Of a DNA stretch of 58,564 nt, positions 29,401 through 37,666 are shown piece after piece. Within the stretch, counting starts at the first letter, position 1. Every line of letters begins with the position of its first letter. The notes beneath the pieces were generated by a model that did no database searches, was not told where the DNA came from, and saw nothing but the letters and a program-made list of their open reading frames with translations. A program made the translations under genes and the position numbers. Source of the stretch: a virus (lineage: Duplodnaviria > Caudoviricetes); IMG/VR virus record IMGVR_UViG_3300006162_000015, positions 1 to 58,564 of that record; one strand, written 5' to 3'.

Positions 29401-29738
29401 TATCTAATCCTCAATCTAAATTCTTTGTTAACGTATGTTTTTAATCTATGGCAATTAGCACACAAAGTTTGAAGATTAGATGGATCGTCATTAAAATGAT
29501 TGCCGTCTATGTGGTCTACGTCTAATTGGCATTTGTGTATAGCCACAAAACCGCAATTATCGCATTTATCTTTTTTAAATCTGCGATAAGTTTCAGTTTC
29601 TCTTCGTTCTTTTGTTCTAATTTTAATGCAGTCAATACACTCAAAACGTCTACGAGCGCGATTAGAATCAAACCTATAGAAACAATCTATAGGTTTTTCA
29701 ATCTTGCATTTTTTACACGTACGAGTAGGCTCCCTCAT
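29400..29738 (-). CDS. HNH endonuclease
   Basis: CxxC pairs, LDVDHIDGNH, NLQTLCANCH. Confidence 0.9.
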   Translation of the reverse strand: MREPTRTCKKCKIEKPIDCFYRFDSNRARRRFECIDCIKIRTKERRETETYRRFKKDKCDNCGFVAIHKCQLDVDHIDGNHFNDDPSNLQTLCANCHRLKTYVNKEFRLRIR

Positions 29739-29761
29739 ACTAACTCCTTGATTTTACGGAG

Positions 29762-30466
29762 TTATTCGCCTGCTACTTGAACAGATGAATTGCTTAAGTA
29801 CATTACTAGGCTTATTACTGAGCCGTCTGCAGGGTTTGCAAGTGCGCCAGAGTTGTTACGGCATTGCAAAATGATCTGACCGCCGAAGCCTTGGTTTGCG
29901 CTTACGTTTGGCGAAAGCGTTGTATTAGGGTCGCCAAGTGTCTCGATAGTCATTACTGAAGAGCCTGCGCTAGCTGCAATCTCTACTGCTGCTGAGCCGC
30001 CGATAGTGCCTGATGCTGTAGGCACAAAACTAACGCCGATTGCAGGTGTAATTCCTTTAGGAAGGCCTACTGCTTGCCATTGTGCAAGTGTTGCAGTACC
30101 TAGGCTTACGATTGTTACAGGAACGTTAGCTGTAGTAGAAGTAAGCGGCGTGCCAGATACAGGCGATACGATTGAGTTAAAGCCTGAAAAACTTCGGTTA
30201 AAGTTGTCTTGGAGTTGTACGATGATAGTGCCGGCGCTAGGATTGGGGTTTAAAGGCTGGACGTTAGGGCTAGACGGGTTAGCGTTGCCTTTACCTGGGG
30301 TTGCAGAAGTGTGCATAAACACGTTCTGAACCATTGGGCCTTTAAGGTTACGAATACCTAAGCCGTTACCGTTAGCTGAATCGACTACGAAATTGCAGTC
30401 AATCATTACGGGTGTAGTGTGTGGGATGTAGATTCTTCCGCCGTTGGCGAAATTACGATTTGCCAT
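29762..30466 (-). CDS. Virion structural protein (decoration-like)
   Basis: 234 aa beta-rich; heads the tail operon; RBS gagg; preceded by a candidate late promoter. Confidence 0.6.
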   Translation of the reverse strand: MANRNFANGGRIYIPHTTPVMIDCNFVVDSANGNGLGIRNLKGPMVQNVFMHTSATPGKGNANPSSPNVQPLNPNPSAGTIIVQLQDNFNRSFSGFNSIVSPVSGTPLTSTTANVPVTIVSLGTATLAQWQAVGLPKGITPAIGVSFVPTASGTIGGSAAVEIAASAGSSVMTIETLGDPNTTLSPNVSANQGFGGQIILQCRNNSGALANPADGSVISLVMYLSNSSVQVAGE

Positions 30467-30600
30467 GAGTTACCTCTTTTTGCCACGTTATGAGCGTAGA
30501 GGCTAAGGCCGCGCTCTCACCAGGTTGCTGTGGCTAGCTTCCAGGGAAGGAGGTGAGGTAATCTCAAGTCCTAACCTAGACGCTTAGTCAGAGGTAACTA
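30467..30600 (-). promoter_or_regulatory. Structured 5' leader and late-promoter motif copy 2
   Basis: CTGACTAAGCGTCTAGGTTA at 30572-30591; nested stems GCCAC/GTGGC and GAGCG/CGCTC; (G)TTACCTC complementary to the RBS region GAGGTAAC. Confidence 0.45.
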
Positions 30601-30701
30601 ATCTAACTAACTGATATGATTAGATAATATAATTGCTATGCCTATTAACGCTGATAATGCAGATAACGTTAAGTAAAGGACTTGGTCAAATGTAATTCTC
30701 A

Positions 30702-30893
30702 TTAGTGGCCCTCCAGGTTAATAAGTGTTTTATCAAATACTATATTTGCAGTCTTCAAGTCTAAAAAGCTAGAATACGTAAAATCCTGCATATCTGCCAT
30801 GGCATTTTTGTACTTTACTACAAATCTGCCATCTTCGTCTTTCTCAAGGATTAATTCAAAAATCTTGTTTTCTATTGATTTAATTCTTGTCAT
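30702..30893 (-). CDS. Hypothetical protein
   Basis: ORF track; ATGA coupling. Confidence 0.6.
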   Translation of the reverse strand: MTRIKSIENKIFELILEKDEDGRFVVKYKNAMADMQDFTYSSFLDLKTANIVFDKTLINLEGH

Positions 30894-31102
30894 AGATCAC
30901 CTGTATTAATCATTTCGTTTATAATAGCCGAGACTTGCTGAGGCCCGTAAGTATTGATTAGATTAGTCAAGTGTTGCGTAATTGCAGTCACGTTATCGCG
31001 GTAGAAATGCTTGCTGCGCGTAACATTGCCTTTAGGCTGTGCAAGTTCTCGTCTCTCTGCTAATTTAAGTACTAACTCTGTAAACTGTTTATTATCGTAC
31101 AT
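30890..31102 (-). CDS. Hypothetical protein
   Basis: ORF track; RBS aggggg. Confidence 0.6.
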   Translation of the reverse strand: MYDNKQFTELVLKLAERRELAQPKGNVTRSKHFYRDNVTAITQHLTNLINTYGPQQVSAIINEMINTGDL

Positions 31103-31114
31103 ATAAACCCCCTA

Positions 31115-31249
31115 TTAGTTAATTAAAATTAAAAAGCCTTTAGGATGCATAGATTTCGCAATGCTTAAGGCTTGGTTATTGTTTTTAGCGTCTACTCGTA
31201 CTATATAAGTTACTTTTTCGGTTAATACTTCAAATATATACGTTTTCAT
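31115..31249 (-). CDS. 44 aa hypothetical protein
   Basis: MKTYIFEVLTEKVTYIVRVDAKNNNQALSIAK; RBS aggag; below the ORF-track cutoff. Confidence 0.55.
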   Translation of the reverse strand: MKTYIFEVLTEKVTYIVRVDAKNNNQALSIAKSMHPKGFLILIN

Positions 31250-31250
31250 A

Positions 31251-31451
31251 TTACTCTCCTACTATTTTATAGTTAGGTAGCCATTTAAGTTTTTCTTCTC
31301 GATCTGTATTGTCCCAAAGCACAAATGCTTCTATTGTCTCTAATTGGGTTTCTATTACTTTTGATACTCGGCCATATGAGTTATTGACCGTATCATATAC
31401 TCTATCGCCGTTTTTAAGGTCAAATACTGTCTGTCCTGTCTGTGTTTTCAT
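31251..31451 (-). CDS. Small SH3/KOW-like hypothetical protein
   Basis: LKNGDRVYD...YGRVSKV...VLWDN; RBS aggagg. Confidence 0.65.
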   Translation of the reverse strand: MKTQTGQTVFDLKNGDRVYDTVNNSYGRVSKVIETQLETIEAFVLWDNTDREEKLKWLPNYKIVGE

Positions 31452-31471
31452 ATCGCCTCCTGTTATAATAC

Positions 31472-31498
31472 TTATCGGAGGGTTTTACCAGGACTTTA
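31472..31498 (-). promoter_or_regulatory. Sigma-28 (FliA)-type promoter
   Basis: Minus strand TAAA-N15-TCCGATAA upstream of RBS aggagg. Confidence 0.7.
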
Positions 31499-31583
31499 GC
31501 TTTATTTAAAGTTTTTCTATTATTTTGAGACTTAACTACTAATAATGAGGGTTTAGTGGTATTCTGTAATAAATGGAGGATAT

Positions 31584-31808
31584 ATGGATGATGAACGGTA
31601 TTTACCAGGTCTTTTATTGCGCGCTACGGACCCTCTTAGTCTTTACCCTGGTATTAGGGTATATGATAAAGGAAGCCATCGTACTGGCGAGATTATTAAA
31701 ATCGAGACTAACGGACGCGGATTACCGGACGTTCTTGTGGTTTTTGATAACTCTGACCGCCCTGTCAATAGCTTAGATTACCCAGGCTTAGTTATAATCG
31801 AGGATTAA
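31584..31808 (+). CDS. Small SH3/KOW-like hypothetical protein
   Basis: RBS ggagga; GIRVYD...TGEIIKI...VVFDN resembles 31251-31451. Confidence 0.6.
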   Translation: MDDERYLPGLLLRATDPLSLYPGIRVYDKGSHRTGEIIKIETNGRGLPDVLVVFDNSDRPVNSLDYPGLVIIED

Positions 31809-32044
31809 TGGGCATTAAAGTAGGCGATTTAGTAAAAGCTATTGAAGACGTTAATTCTGAAATATTTAAGGATAAAGTTTATCCTGTTTTAGAAATTAAT
31901 GAGAGGTTTGGTAGAGCTACCTTTATATACGTTTCAGAACAAGAAGGGTTTAAGCGCAAAGGATGGTATTCTTATAGATTTAAAAAATTTAGAGAAATGA
32001 CTACATTAGAAAAAATAGTGTACGGGATTAACGATGGAGACTAA
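31808..32044 (+). CDS. SH3-like protein with C-terminal TTLEKIVY tag
   Basis: IKVGDLV N-terminus; ends MTTLEKIVYGINDGD. Confidence 0.7.
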   Translation: MGIKVGDLVKAIEDVNSEIFKDKVYPVLEINERFGRATFIYVSEQEGFKRKGWYSYRFKKFREMTTLEKIVYGINDGD

Positions 32045-32279
32045 TATAGCTCTTTTTACGTTATTGGCTATAGCGTCTGCCCAAAACCATGGGCAGGCGA
32101 CCTCTAAGTCTTTAGACGCTTATTTGCGATATACCGGGGTAGATAAGCAAATCGACGTCATTAATAACAATGCTAAGAACATGGTACCTGAAGAGGTTAA
32201 GTTTTATTTGGCACCTGGTATATTCATAGGTAAGACTATAATCGACCGTAAAATCGTAATACAATGGACTTTTAAATGA
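32034..32279 (+). CDS. Hypothetical protein, possible signal peptide
   Basis: IALFTLLAIASAQ N-terminus; coupled to neighbours. Confidence 0.55.
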   Translation: METNIALFTLLAIASAQNHGQATSKSLDAYLRYTGVDKQIDVINNNAKNMVPEEVKFYLAPGIFIGKTIIDRKIVIQWTFK

Positions 32280-32491
32280 AAGAATTTAAAGTAGGCGATA
32301 GAGTATTAGTAGTGGATTGGGACATCGGCGAGCCCTATTGGAACGGCCCCGGTAGAATTGTCTATATTATTAATGATAATATTCTTGTAGTAAATACGGA
32401 TACAGGTAAACAAGGCGGGTTTGATGCGCAAAACGTGCGTCATTATTCTGAAACAAGATTAGAGAAAATCATATACAACATTGAGGGCTAA
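32276..32491 (+). CDS. SH3-like protein with C-terminal TRLEKIIY tag
   Basis: FKVGDRV N-terminus; ends ETRLEKIIYNIEG. Confidence 0.7.
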   Translation: MKEFKVGDRVLVVDWDIGEPYWNGPGRIVYIINDNILVVNTDTGKQGGFDAQNVRHYSETRLEKIIYNIEG

Positions 32492-32880
32492 TGAAATTCA
32501 AGGTAGGCGATGTAGTCGCCTGGGAATTCGACAGAATTCCGATTAGATGCTATAAAATAGAAAAAAGATATGGAATGGTATACTGTAAACACCCTATTTG
32601 GGGCGCTATAGGGTTTAGCGAAAACGAGCTTATTCTATATAACAGTATTACGCTAATAGAGAAGATTATTTATGACGTTCCAGAAACCGCAGAAATCGTC
32701 CCGTCTCGATGGCAGTCGCTTGTGACGTACCTACGAGACATTTATCACGTACGCAATTTTTATTTCTTTTTGATACGATTCCGACTCTACTACCTTTACC
32801 GGAGAATCCGTCGTAGGTGCCGACGACGGTTATACGTTTATCTATGCAGGCTGGGTAAACTGTGCAAATTTCTTCCGTAA
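32491..32880 (+). CDS. SH3-like protein with TLIEKIIY tag and a tail running antisense into the subtilase gene
   Basis: FKVGDVV; tag at about aa 53-60; the remainder overlaps 32666-33295 on the opposite strand. Confidence 0.6.
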   Translation: MKFKVGDVVAWEFDRIPIRCYKIEKRYGMVYCKHPIWGAIGFSENELILYNSITLIEKIIYDVPETAEIVPSRWQSLVTYLRDIYHVRNFYFFLIRFRLYYLYRRIRRRCRRRLYVYLCRLGKLCKFLP

Positions 32881-33295
32881 GCTTATCACCATCGTTACCC
32901 GCCGCCGCAAATACGATTACGCCTTGGTCTAATAACTTTTTTATATATTTAGTCTCTGGAGCGTATTCTAATCGGCCTGCAAAACTGAGATTTAAAACGT
33001 CTATATGCATTTTAGTCAATAGTTCTAATGCTTTAACATACATATCGTAATTAAATGTAGGCGTAAACACAGATATTGGTATTAAGCAATAATCTGAATT
33101 TTCCGCGTTTTTTATAATCGCGTCTGCTACATTAGTGCCGTGATACTCGTATCTAGGGCCGTCTGGGAACGGGTTAGAATCTTTACATAGCGGCGCTGAT
33201 ACCTTGGTCCTATCAAGACCAGTGTCTATTATAGCTACTCTAATAGTAGCGTTTGATATCATAGGTAACAGTAAAATACTAAATATCAGTTTCAT
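32666..33295 (-). CDS. Secreted subtilisin-like (S8) serine protease, minimal
   Basis: Signal-peptide-like N-terminus; VAIIDTG, HGTNVA, AAAGN, GTSQAT. Confidence 0.88.
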   Translation of the reverse strand: MKLIFSILLLPMISNATIRVAIIDTGLDRTKVSAPLCKDSNPFPDGPRYEYHGTNVADAIIKNAENSDYCLIPISVFTPTFNYDMYVKALELLTKMHIDVLNLSFAGRLEYAPETKYIKKLLDQGVIVFAAAGNDGDKLTEEICTVYPACIDKRITVVGTYDGFSGKGSRVGIVSKRNKNCVRDKCLVGTSQATAIETGRFLRFLERHK

Positions 33296-33809
33296 AAATT
33301 ATTTTCTCAAGCTTTGACATGTTTTTCAATAATTCTTTTAAATATTCGTAATAGTGTTTCATTTTAGTATCTTTGGCCGCGCTGTAGGCCGCGCTGTTGG
33401 CCGCGCTGGCCGCGATGGCCGCGCTGTAGGCCGCGCTGGCCGCGCTGTTGGCCGCGCTGTGGGCCGCGCTGTAGGCCGCGCTGTAGGCCGCGCTGTTGGC
33501 CGCGCTGGCCGCGCTGTAGGCCGTGCTGGCCGCGCTGTAGGCCGTGCTGTTGGCCGCGCTGTAAACCGCGCTGGCCGCGCTGTTGGCCGCGCTGGCCGCG
33601 CTGTAGGCCGCGACTACTTCTGCGTGTGATGCATTTCCTTTATTATAGCGTTCGACTACGTTTAATGCGTCTGAGCATTGCTTTTTAATATCCTCGTCTT
33701 TAATGTTAGGCAATGTATCTCTAGCACAGTAAACCGCAAAAGCAACGTATATAGGCTTAGGTGTTTTGTTTATTAGTTTTTCTATTTCGTTAAAGTAATC
33801 TTGTGCCAT
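33279..33809 (-). CDS. Imm5-like helical protein with Ala/Ser/Tyr repeat tract and C-terminal SKLEKIIY tag
   Basis: [11 protein letters not shown]...ALNVVERY N-domain; [11 protein letters not shown] repeats; ends [13 protein letters not shown]. Confidence 0.7.
   Translation of the reverse strand: MAQDYFNEIEKLINKTPKPIYVAFAVYCARDTLPNIKDEDIKKQCSDALNVVERYNKGNASHAEVVAAYSAASAANSAASAVYSAANSTAYSAASTAYSAASAANSAAYSAAYSAAHSAANSAASAAYSAAIAASAANSAAYSAAKDTKMKHYYEYLKELLKNMSKLEKIIYETDI
33375..33612. repeat. GC-rich tandem array of 9/12-nt units, in frame
   Basis: About 20 units of GGCCG(C/T)GCT with or without GTA/GTT/GTG; encodes SAA, YSAA, NSAA, HSAA. Confidence 0.95.
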
Positions 33810-34954
33810 TATTTTGCCTCGACGTATATTTTAGAGCCAAACTTGCCTGGAGGTTCTTGCGTACCAAATATAGCCCATAACACCGGGTATTTAGGTTTTT
33901 TAAGGTTTTCAGTATCGTAGCAATCCATATCGCCTAAATATATAAGCGCGTCGACTTGATTTTCTTTTTTATTGAAAAAGTCAAATACAGGCTTGTATGC
34001 AGTACCGCCTCGGCCTTTTACTGAGTACTTTTTGCGAGAGTCGTAGATGTAAGAGTCTTTAATCTCAGCATCAGCTTCTACAACGAATACTTCTGCGTAT
34101 TTAGCGATATTGCCTATCTCACTCATGCACTGGGTTAAAGCCTCGTTACTCATGCTACCTGAAGTATCTATAGCAACGCCTACACGAAGTCTTTCTGTCT
34201 TGATCTGGCCTGGAATGTGTATACCGTATCTGCGGTTTCGTTTCTTTTTAGACGAGTCTATCACAGTCTCCATAGTACGCGCAGCAAAACGCCGTAACTG
34301 TTCGCGCCAGTTTACTAGATTCTCGTTTAAACTAGCTACTAATAACTCGTCGTTATGCGTCATCTTGCCTGCTGCACGCGTACGCTTAGCGGCCTTGTTA
34401 ACGGCTTGACGGACTTTCTCTTTCAAGATCTCTTTATCGCCTTCGCTTTCTGCCCATAAAGAATGATCGTCAAACTCCATAAGATCTTTTGCTTTTTCAT
34501 TGTCTTCAAGGTTAGCCAAATACCATTCCATGGTGTGGCCGTTCTCTAAATCAAAAGTCTTAGGGAATACGCCAAATTCTGGTAGATTAGCCATAATACC
34601 GTTTATCGCGCAGTCCATTGCGATATTAAGGGTTTTATGCTTTTGGTTATTAATAATTTGGTCTTCTATCTTATCAGTCTTGGCATACACCTCGGGGGCT
34701 AATTCTTTAGCCCTTGGTATGTGATTACGTAGTATATGCTCACATTCGTGCTTTAATACGGCTACTCTCTCGTCTACAGTCAAGGCTTCCATGCCTTTCG
34801 GGTTTAAATGAAGCTCTATACCGTCTTTTATGCATACGCCTGCAACTGGTATTTTATCGTCTATTACGCGCTTCATTTGAGATATGATCTCAGCATAGAA
34901 ACGCTCTGATTCAAAAAGCTTTACTATCGTCTGCGAGATCATATCGTTATTCAT
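33809..34954 (-). CDS. DUF2201-like metallopeptidase plus VWA domain protein
   Basis: HExxH (LKHECEH), NIAMDCAIN, MIDAS DTSGS, GRGGT. Confidence 0.88.
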   Translation of the reverse strand: MNNDMISQTIVKLFESERFYAEIISQMKRVIDDKIPVAGVCIKDGIELHLNPKGMEALTVDERVAVLKHECEHILRNHIPRAKELAPEVYAKTDKIEDQIINNQKHKTLNIAMDCAINGIMANLPEFGVFPKTFDLENGHTMEWYLANLEDNEKAKDLMEFDDHSLWAESEGDKEILKEKVRQAVNKAAKRTRAAGKMTHNDELLVASLNENLVNWREQLRRFAARTMETVIDSSKKKRNRRYGIHIPGQIKTERLRVGVAIDTSGSMSNEALTQCMSEIGNIAKYAEVFVVEADAEIKDSYIYDSRKKYSVKGRGGTAYKPVFDFFNKKENQVDALIYLGDMDCYDTENLKKPKYPVLWAIFGTQEPPGKFGSKIYVEAK

Positions 34955-36078
34955 TTTTTACCTTCTTTTTTAGTAACGATGCCTTTAGCAGTCAAAGTCA
35001 ACTCTGCGAGTGGTTTTTCGTATACCGGGTCTATGCTAAAGTCCTTGAAAGTCTCGTTACTAGAGATTACAAGTGCTTTTATAAGTGAAAAACTAATATC
35101 TTTTGGTATTGTAGTAAGAAACCACATAAAGTTACTTTTTTCTGTAGAGTTTAATATTTGCTTTGCTACGTTTTTAGCCTCAAATACTTCTTTTACGTTA
35201 TCGCACGTAATATTTAAGAAGCTAGCCTCTACGTTAACAGGGTTACTCCACTTCTCGATAAGGTCTGGTCGCTCGTGCTTCAAAATCTGATCGCCAGTCA
35301 GCGGTTTATCTACTTCTTTTAAGTACTGCTTATATGCAATAGTACGCTCTAAGCCTATAATACCTGGTATTAAACTATCCATTAAATGCTGTGGCGTTTT
35401 AATCTCGAATAGCCGGCTTAGACGCTCGTAGGCCCTACGGTCTACCTTTACGATCTTATTAAGATCAAACTCTGTCCTAGTAGCTTCAAGGAGGTTTGGT
35501 TGATCTTGAATAAAGCCTACGAGCGTCGGCTCGATTTTACGTTCTTTAGCATATTGAACCCACTCAGATACCGTAGGATCAAGTTTAATATGTACGAATC
35601 TAGCCATTAGCGCCGTCTCGTCTACGTCGGTCGTGAAGTACTCGTCTGTAGGCGGGTTACCTGCTGCGATTACGTAGCAGTTTTTAGGAAGTTTAATAGT
35701 ATGAAACGTCTTGTCTAAGGCTAGGCTAAACATACCATTTAGGATGTCGCGCCGGCCTCGGTTAAACTCGTCTAAAAATATGATCGCACCAGAGTCTGGA
35801 TTGGCATTACAGTAAGATACCACGTCAGTTAACCACTTTGGAGTTGCAAATTCAGTAGACTTTGATCCATCACCGTTGTCTACGAATTCAGCCAATCCTA
35901 ATATATCGCCTAAATCGCTCATAGTACCTAAGTGTAAAGGGAAGAAATGATACCCTTTAGACTTTGCATATTGAGATATAGATTCTGTCTTGCCCACGCC
36001 TGCATGAGACCAGACATATGGCGTTAATTGAGCCTTAAACAAATAATCAAGGCTTTCTTTAAAATCGGTAATGTTCAT
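34951..36078 (-). CDS. MoxR-like AAA+ ATPase
   Basis: HAGVGKT, FLDEFNR, AAGNPP, ALMARF; paired with the VWA gene. Confidence 0.9.
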   Translation of the reverse strand: MNITDFKESLDYLFKAQLTPYVWSHAGVGKTESISQYAKSKGYHFFPLHLGTMSDLGDILGLAEFVDNGDGSKSTEFATPKWLTDVVSYCNANPDSGAIIFLDEFNRGRRDILNGMFSLALDKTFHTIKLPKNCYVIAAGNPPTDEYFTTDVDETALMARFVHIKLDPTVSEWVQYAKERKIEPTLVGFIQDQPNLLEATRTEFDLNKIVKVDRRAYERLSRLFEIKTPQHLMDSLIPGIIGLERTIAYKQYLKEVDKPLTGDQILKHERPDLIEKWSNPVNVEASFLNITCDNVKEVFEAKNVAKQILNSTEKSNFMWFLTTIPKDISFSLIKALVISSNETFKDFSIDPVYEKPLAELTLTAKGIVTKKEGKK

Positions 36079-36104
36079 TTTAACTCCTTTGGTTAGTTAG
36101 GTAT

Positions 36105-36139
36105 ACTATACTATTCGGCAGGAGTTTAGTCAAACTTTA
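36105..36139 (-). promoter_or_regulatory. Sigma-28-type promoter with nested sigma-70 promoter
   Basis: Minus strand TAAA-N16-GCCGAATA interleaved with TTGACT-N17-TATAGT, upstream of the MoxR RBS aaggag. Confidence 0.6.
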
Positions 36140-36141
36140 GA

Positions 36142-36372
36142 TTATTTATGTCTCGTTTCGATATCGTATATGATTTTTTCTAGGCGGGTCAACTGGTGTA
36201 CCGTTCGGTATTTAGACAATGCGTCTTCGTTTTCCCACAGATTAAAATGATTTAGATAGTCTGATATGTCGGAATATACGGATATAAGGTGTCGTCCTGT
36301 AATTTCACCTTGGTAAAAACAAACGTTTCCCTCAGGGCTTATAAGCTTGGTACCTTTAGCGTATTTCATCAT
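36142..36372 (-). CDS. Small protein with C-terminal TRLEKIIY tag
   Basis: Ends LTRLEKIIYDIETRHK. Confidence 0.7.
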   Translation of the reverse strand: MMKYAKGTKLISPEGNVCFYQGEITGRHLISVYSDISDYLNHFNLWENEDALSKYRTVHQLTRLEKIIYDIETRHK

Positions 36373-36578
36373 AAGATATTGTAAATAATTTTTTCAAGTT
36401 TTGAAAGGTTTGATACTAAAATAAAGTCTAATAGTACGTGGTCTCTAGGGCCGTTCCAAGCGTAATCCATGGGCGTTAATGATACTAACGTTATTTGGTC
36501 GCCTTCTATATTTGAGACTATACAGAGTACGTTGTTGCTAGTTCTCATGTAAACCTGATTTAGGCTAATCGATGTCAT
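36369..36578 (-). CDS. Small protein with C-terminal SKLEKIIY tag
   Basis: Ends [12 protein letters not shown]. Confidence 0.7.
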   Translation of the reverse strand: MTSISLNQVYMRTSNNVLCIVSNIEGDQITLVSLTPMDYAWNGPRDHVLLDFILVSNLSKLEKIIYNIL

Positions 36579-36813
36579 ATATTATGCGTTCTAACTGCGT
36601 GTCTAATTTTATCTTTTTACATCCAAGAAACGATTCCAAAAATACAAGGGGCCTAAGATCTTTATAATTTGATTGAAATGTAGAATAAATAATTTTACAT
36701 TCAAACAAGTTATTTTTGTAATCATAATTTAAAAGCTCGTATATTTGAGTATGTCTGTCCACATCGCCTGCCCATTCCCAAATAACAAAATCACCTACTT
36801 TGAATTCAGCCAT
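36565..36813 (-). CDS. SH3-like protein with C-terminal TQLERIIY tag
   Basis: MAEFKVGDFV; ends DTQLERIIYDID. Confidence 0.7.
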   Translation of the reverse strand: MAEFKVGDFVIWEWAGDVDRHTQIYELLNYDYKNNLFECKIIYSTFQSNYKDLRPLVFLESFLGCKKIKLDTQLERIIYDID

Positions 36814-37157
36814 TGTCTGCACTCTTCTAGTTTTTTAGCTATAAATTCTTTATCGTTGATTTGGCGGTTGCGGCCCGATGGGTGCGGTAGCTTGAAAAAT
36901 GGTACGTTGCCCTGCTTAAGGTATTCGGCAGCACTATTGCCTAATGCAATCCATTTATGGTGCGGGTCTAACTGCTGCCCTCTAAATTGGTTTATTTGGT
37001 TTAATATTTCATATGTAGTAGATTCTATTGACTTATCTTTAGGCTTCAATACGTACTGTATCCAAGAACGTAAACGCGGTTCGCATGCCGCTCCTTCGAA
37101 CGGCTTGGCACCAGGTTTCATGCGAGGGCTTGGTTTGTCGCCTACGAAGATTATCAT
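36795..37157 (-). CDS. Minimal uracil-DNA glycosylase-like protein
   Basis: IFVGDKPS, IALGN and LPHPSGRN motifs of the UDG superfamily. Confidence 0.7.
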   Translation of the reverse strand: MIIFVGDKPSPRMKPGAKPFEGAACEPRLRSWIQYVLKPKDKSIESTTYEILNQINQFRGQQLDPHHKWIALGNSAAEYLKQGNVPFFKLPHPSGRNRQINDKEFIAKKLEECRQWLNSK

Positions 37158-37342
37158 TTTACTGCCTTTAGTTCGCCCGGATCAAAATAAATATGACGCC
37201 GGATAGAAGATTTAAGGTTAAAAACTACTAATAACCCAAGTCTATTGTGTGAAATCACTGTGCCTTTCATACGTTTAGAAACGCCTAAATATTCGTGGTT
37301 TTCAACGGTTTTTACTTTCTGCCCAGGCTTAAACTTTTTCAT
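37154..37342 (-). CDS. Small SH3-like hypothetical protein
   Basis: KKFKPGQKV...KGTVI; RBS aggag. Confidence 0.6.
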   Translation of the reverse strand: MKKFKPGQKVKTVENHEYLGVSKRMKGTVISHNRLGLLVVFNLKSSIRRHIYFDPGELKAVK

Positions 37343-37666
37343 TTATTCTCCTAACAACCAAATTTTAATTTTTTGAAAAAAAGTCAAATCCGCTTTAGGC
37401 ACTTCAAAATTTTTTACTAATTTAAAAGATCTTTCTTCAGCTATTTTCTCAAGCGCCGCTAAATACATATTAGAAGCGCGTAACCAACCAGAGTAGTACC
37501 CTGTAGTTATTTTTTCTATTGATCCGTGATAATTAATTGCTGCTATTTCAGCAGTTTTATTATTAACTAATTCTTCAATATATCTAGCCTGCAATTCAGA
37601 ATTTGATTTACAGCTATAAACGTCATATAAATTTTTAGCGGCTTGACTTTGCCAATGATTACACAT
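37343..37666 (-). CDS. Hypothetical protein
   Basis: ORF track; coupled to neighbours. Confidence 0.6.
   Translation of the reverse strand: MCNHWQSQAAKNLYDVYSCKSNSELQARYIEELVNNKTAEIAAINYHGSIEKITTGYYSGWLRASNMYLAALEKIAEERSFKLVKNFEVPKADLTFFQKIKIWLLGE

Noticed and set aside
31573-31776. Alternative ORF overlapping 31584-31808
   Set aside because: The ggagga RBS fits the ATG at 31584, whose product resembles a neighbouring paralog and couples to the next gene.
33375-33612. Possible CRISPR array
   Set aside because: Units are 9-12 nt, contiguous, without unique spacers, and in frame within a gene; no cas genes seen.
33354-33629. Plus-strand [11 protein letters not shown]
   Set aside because: Antisense shadow of the Ala-rich repeat gene.
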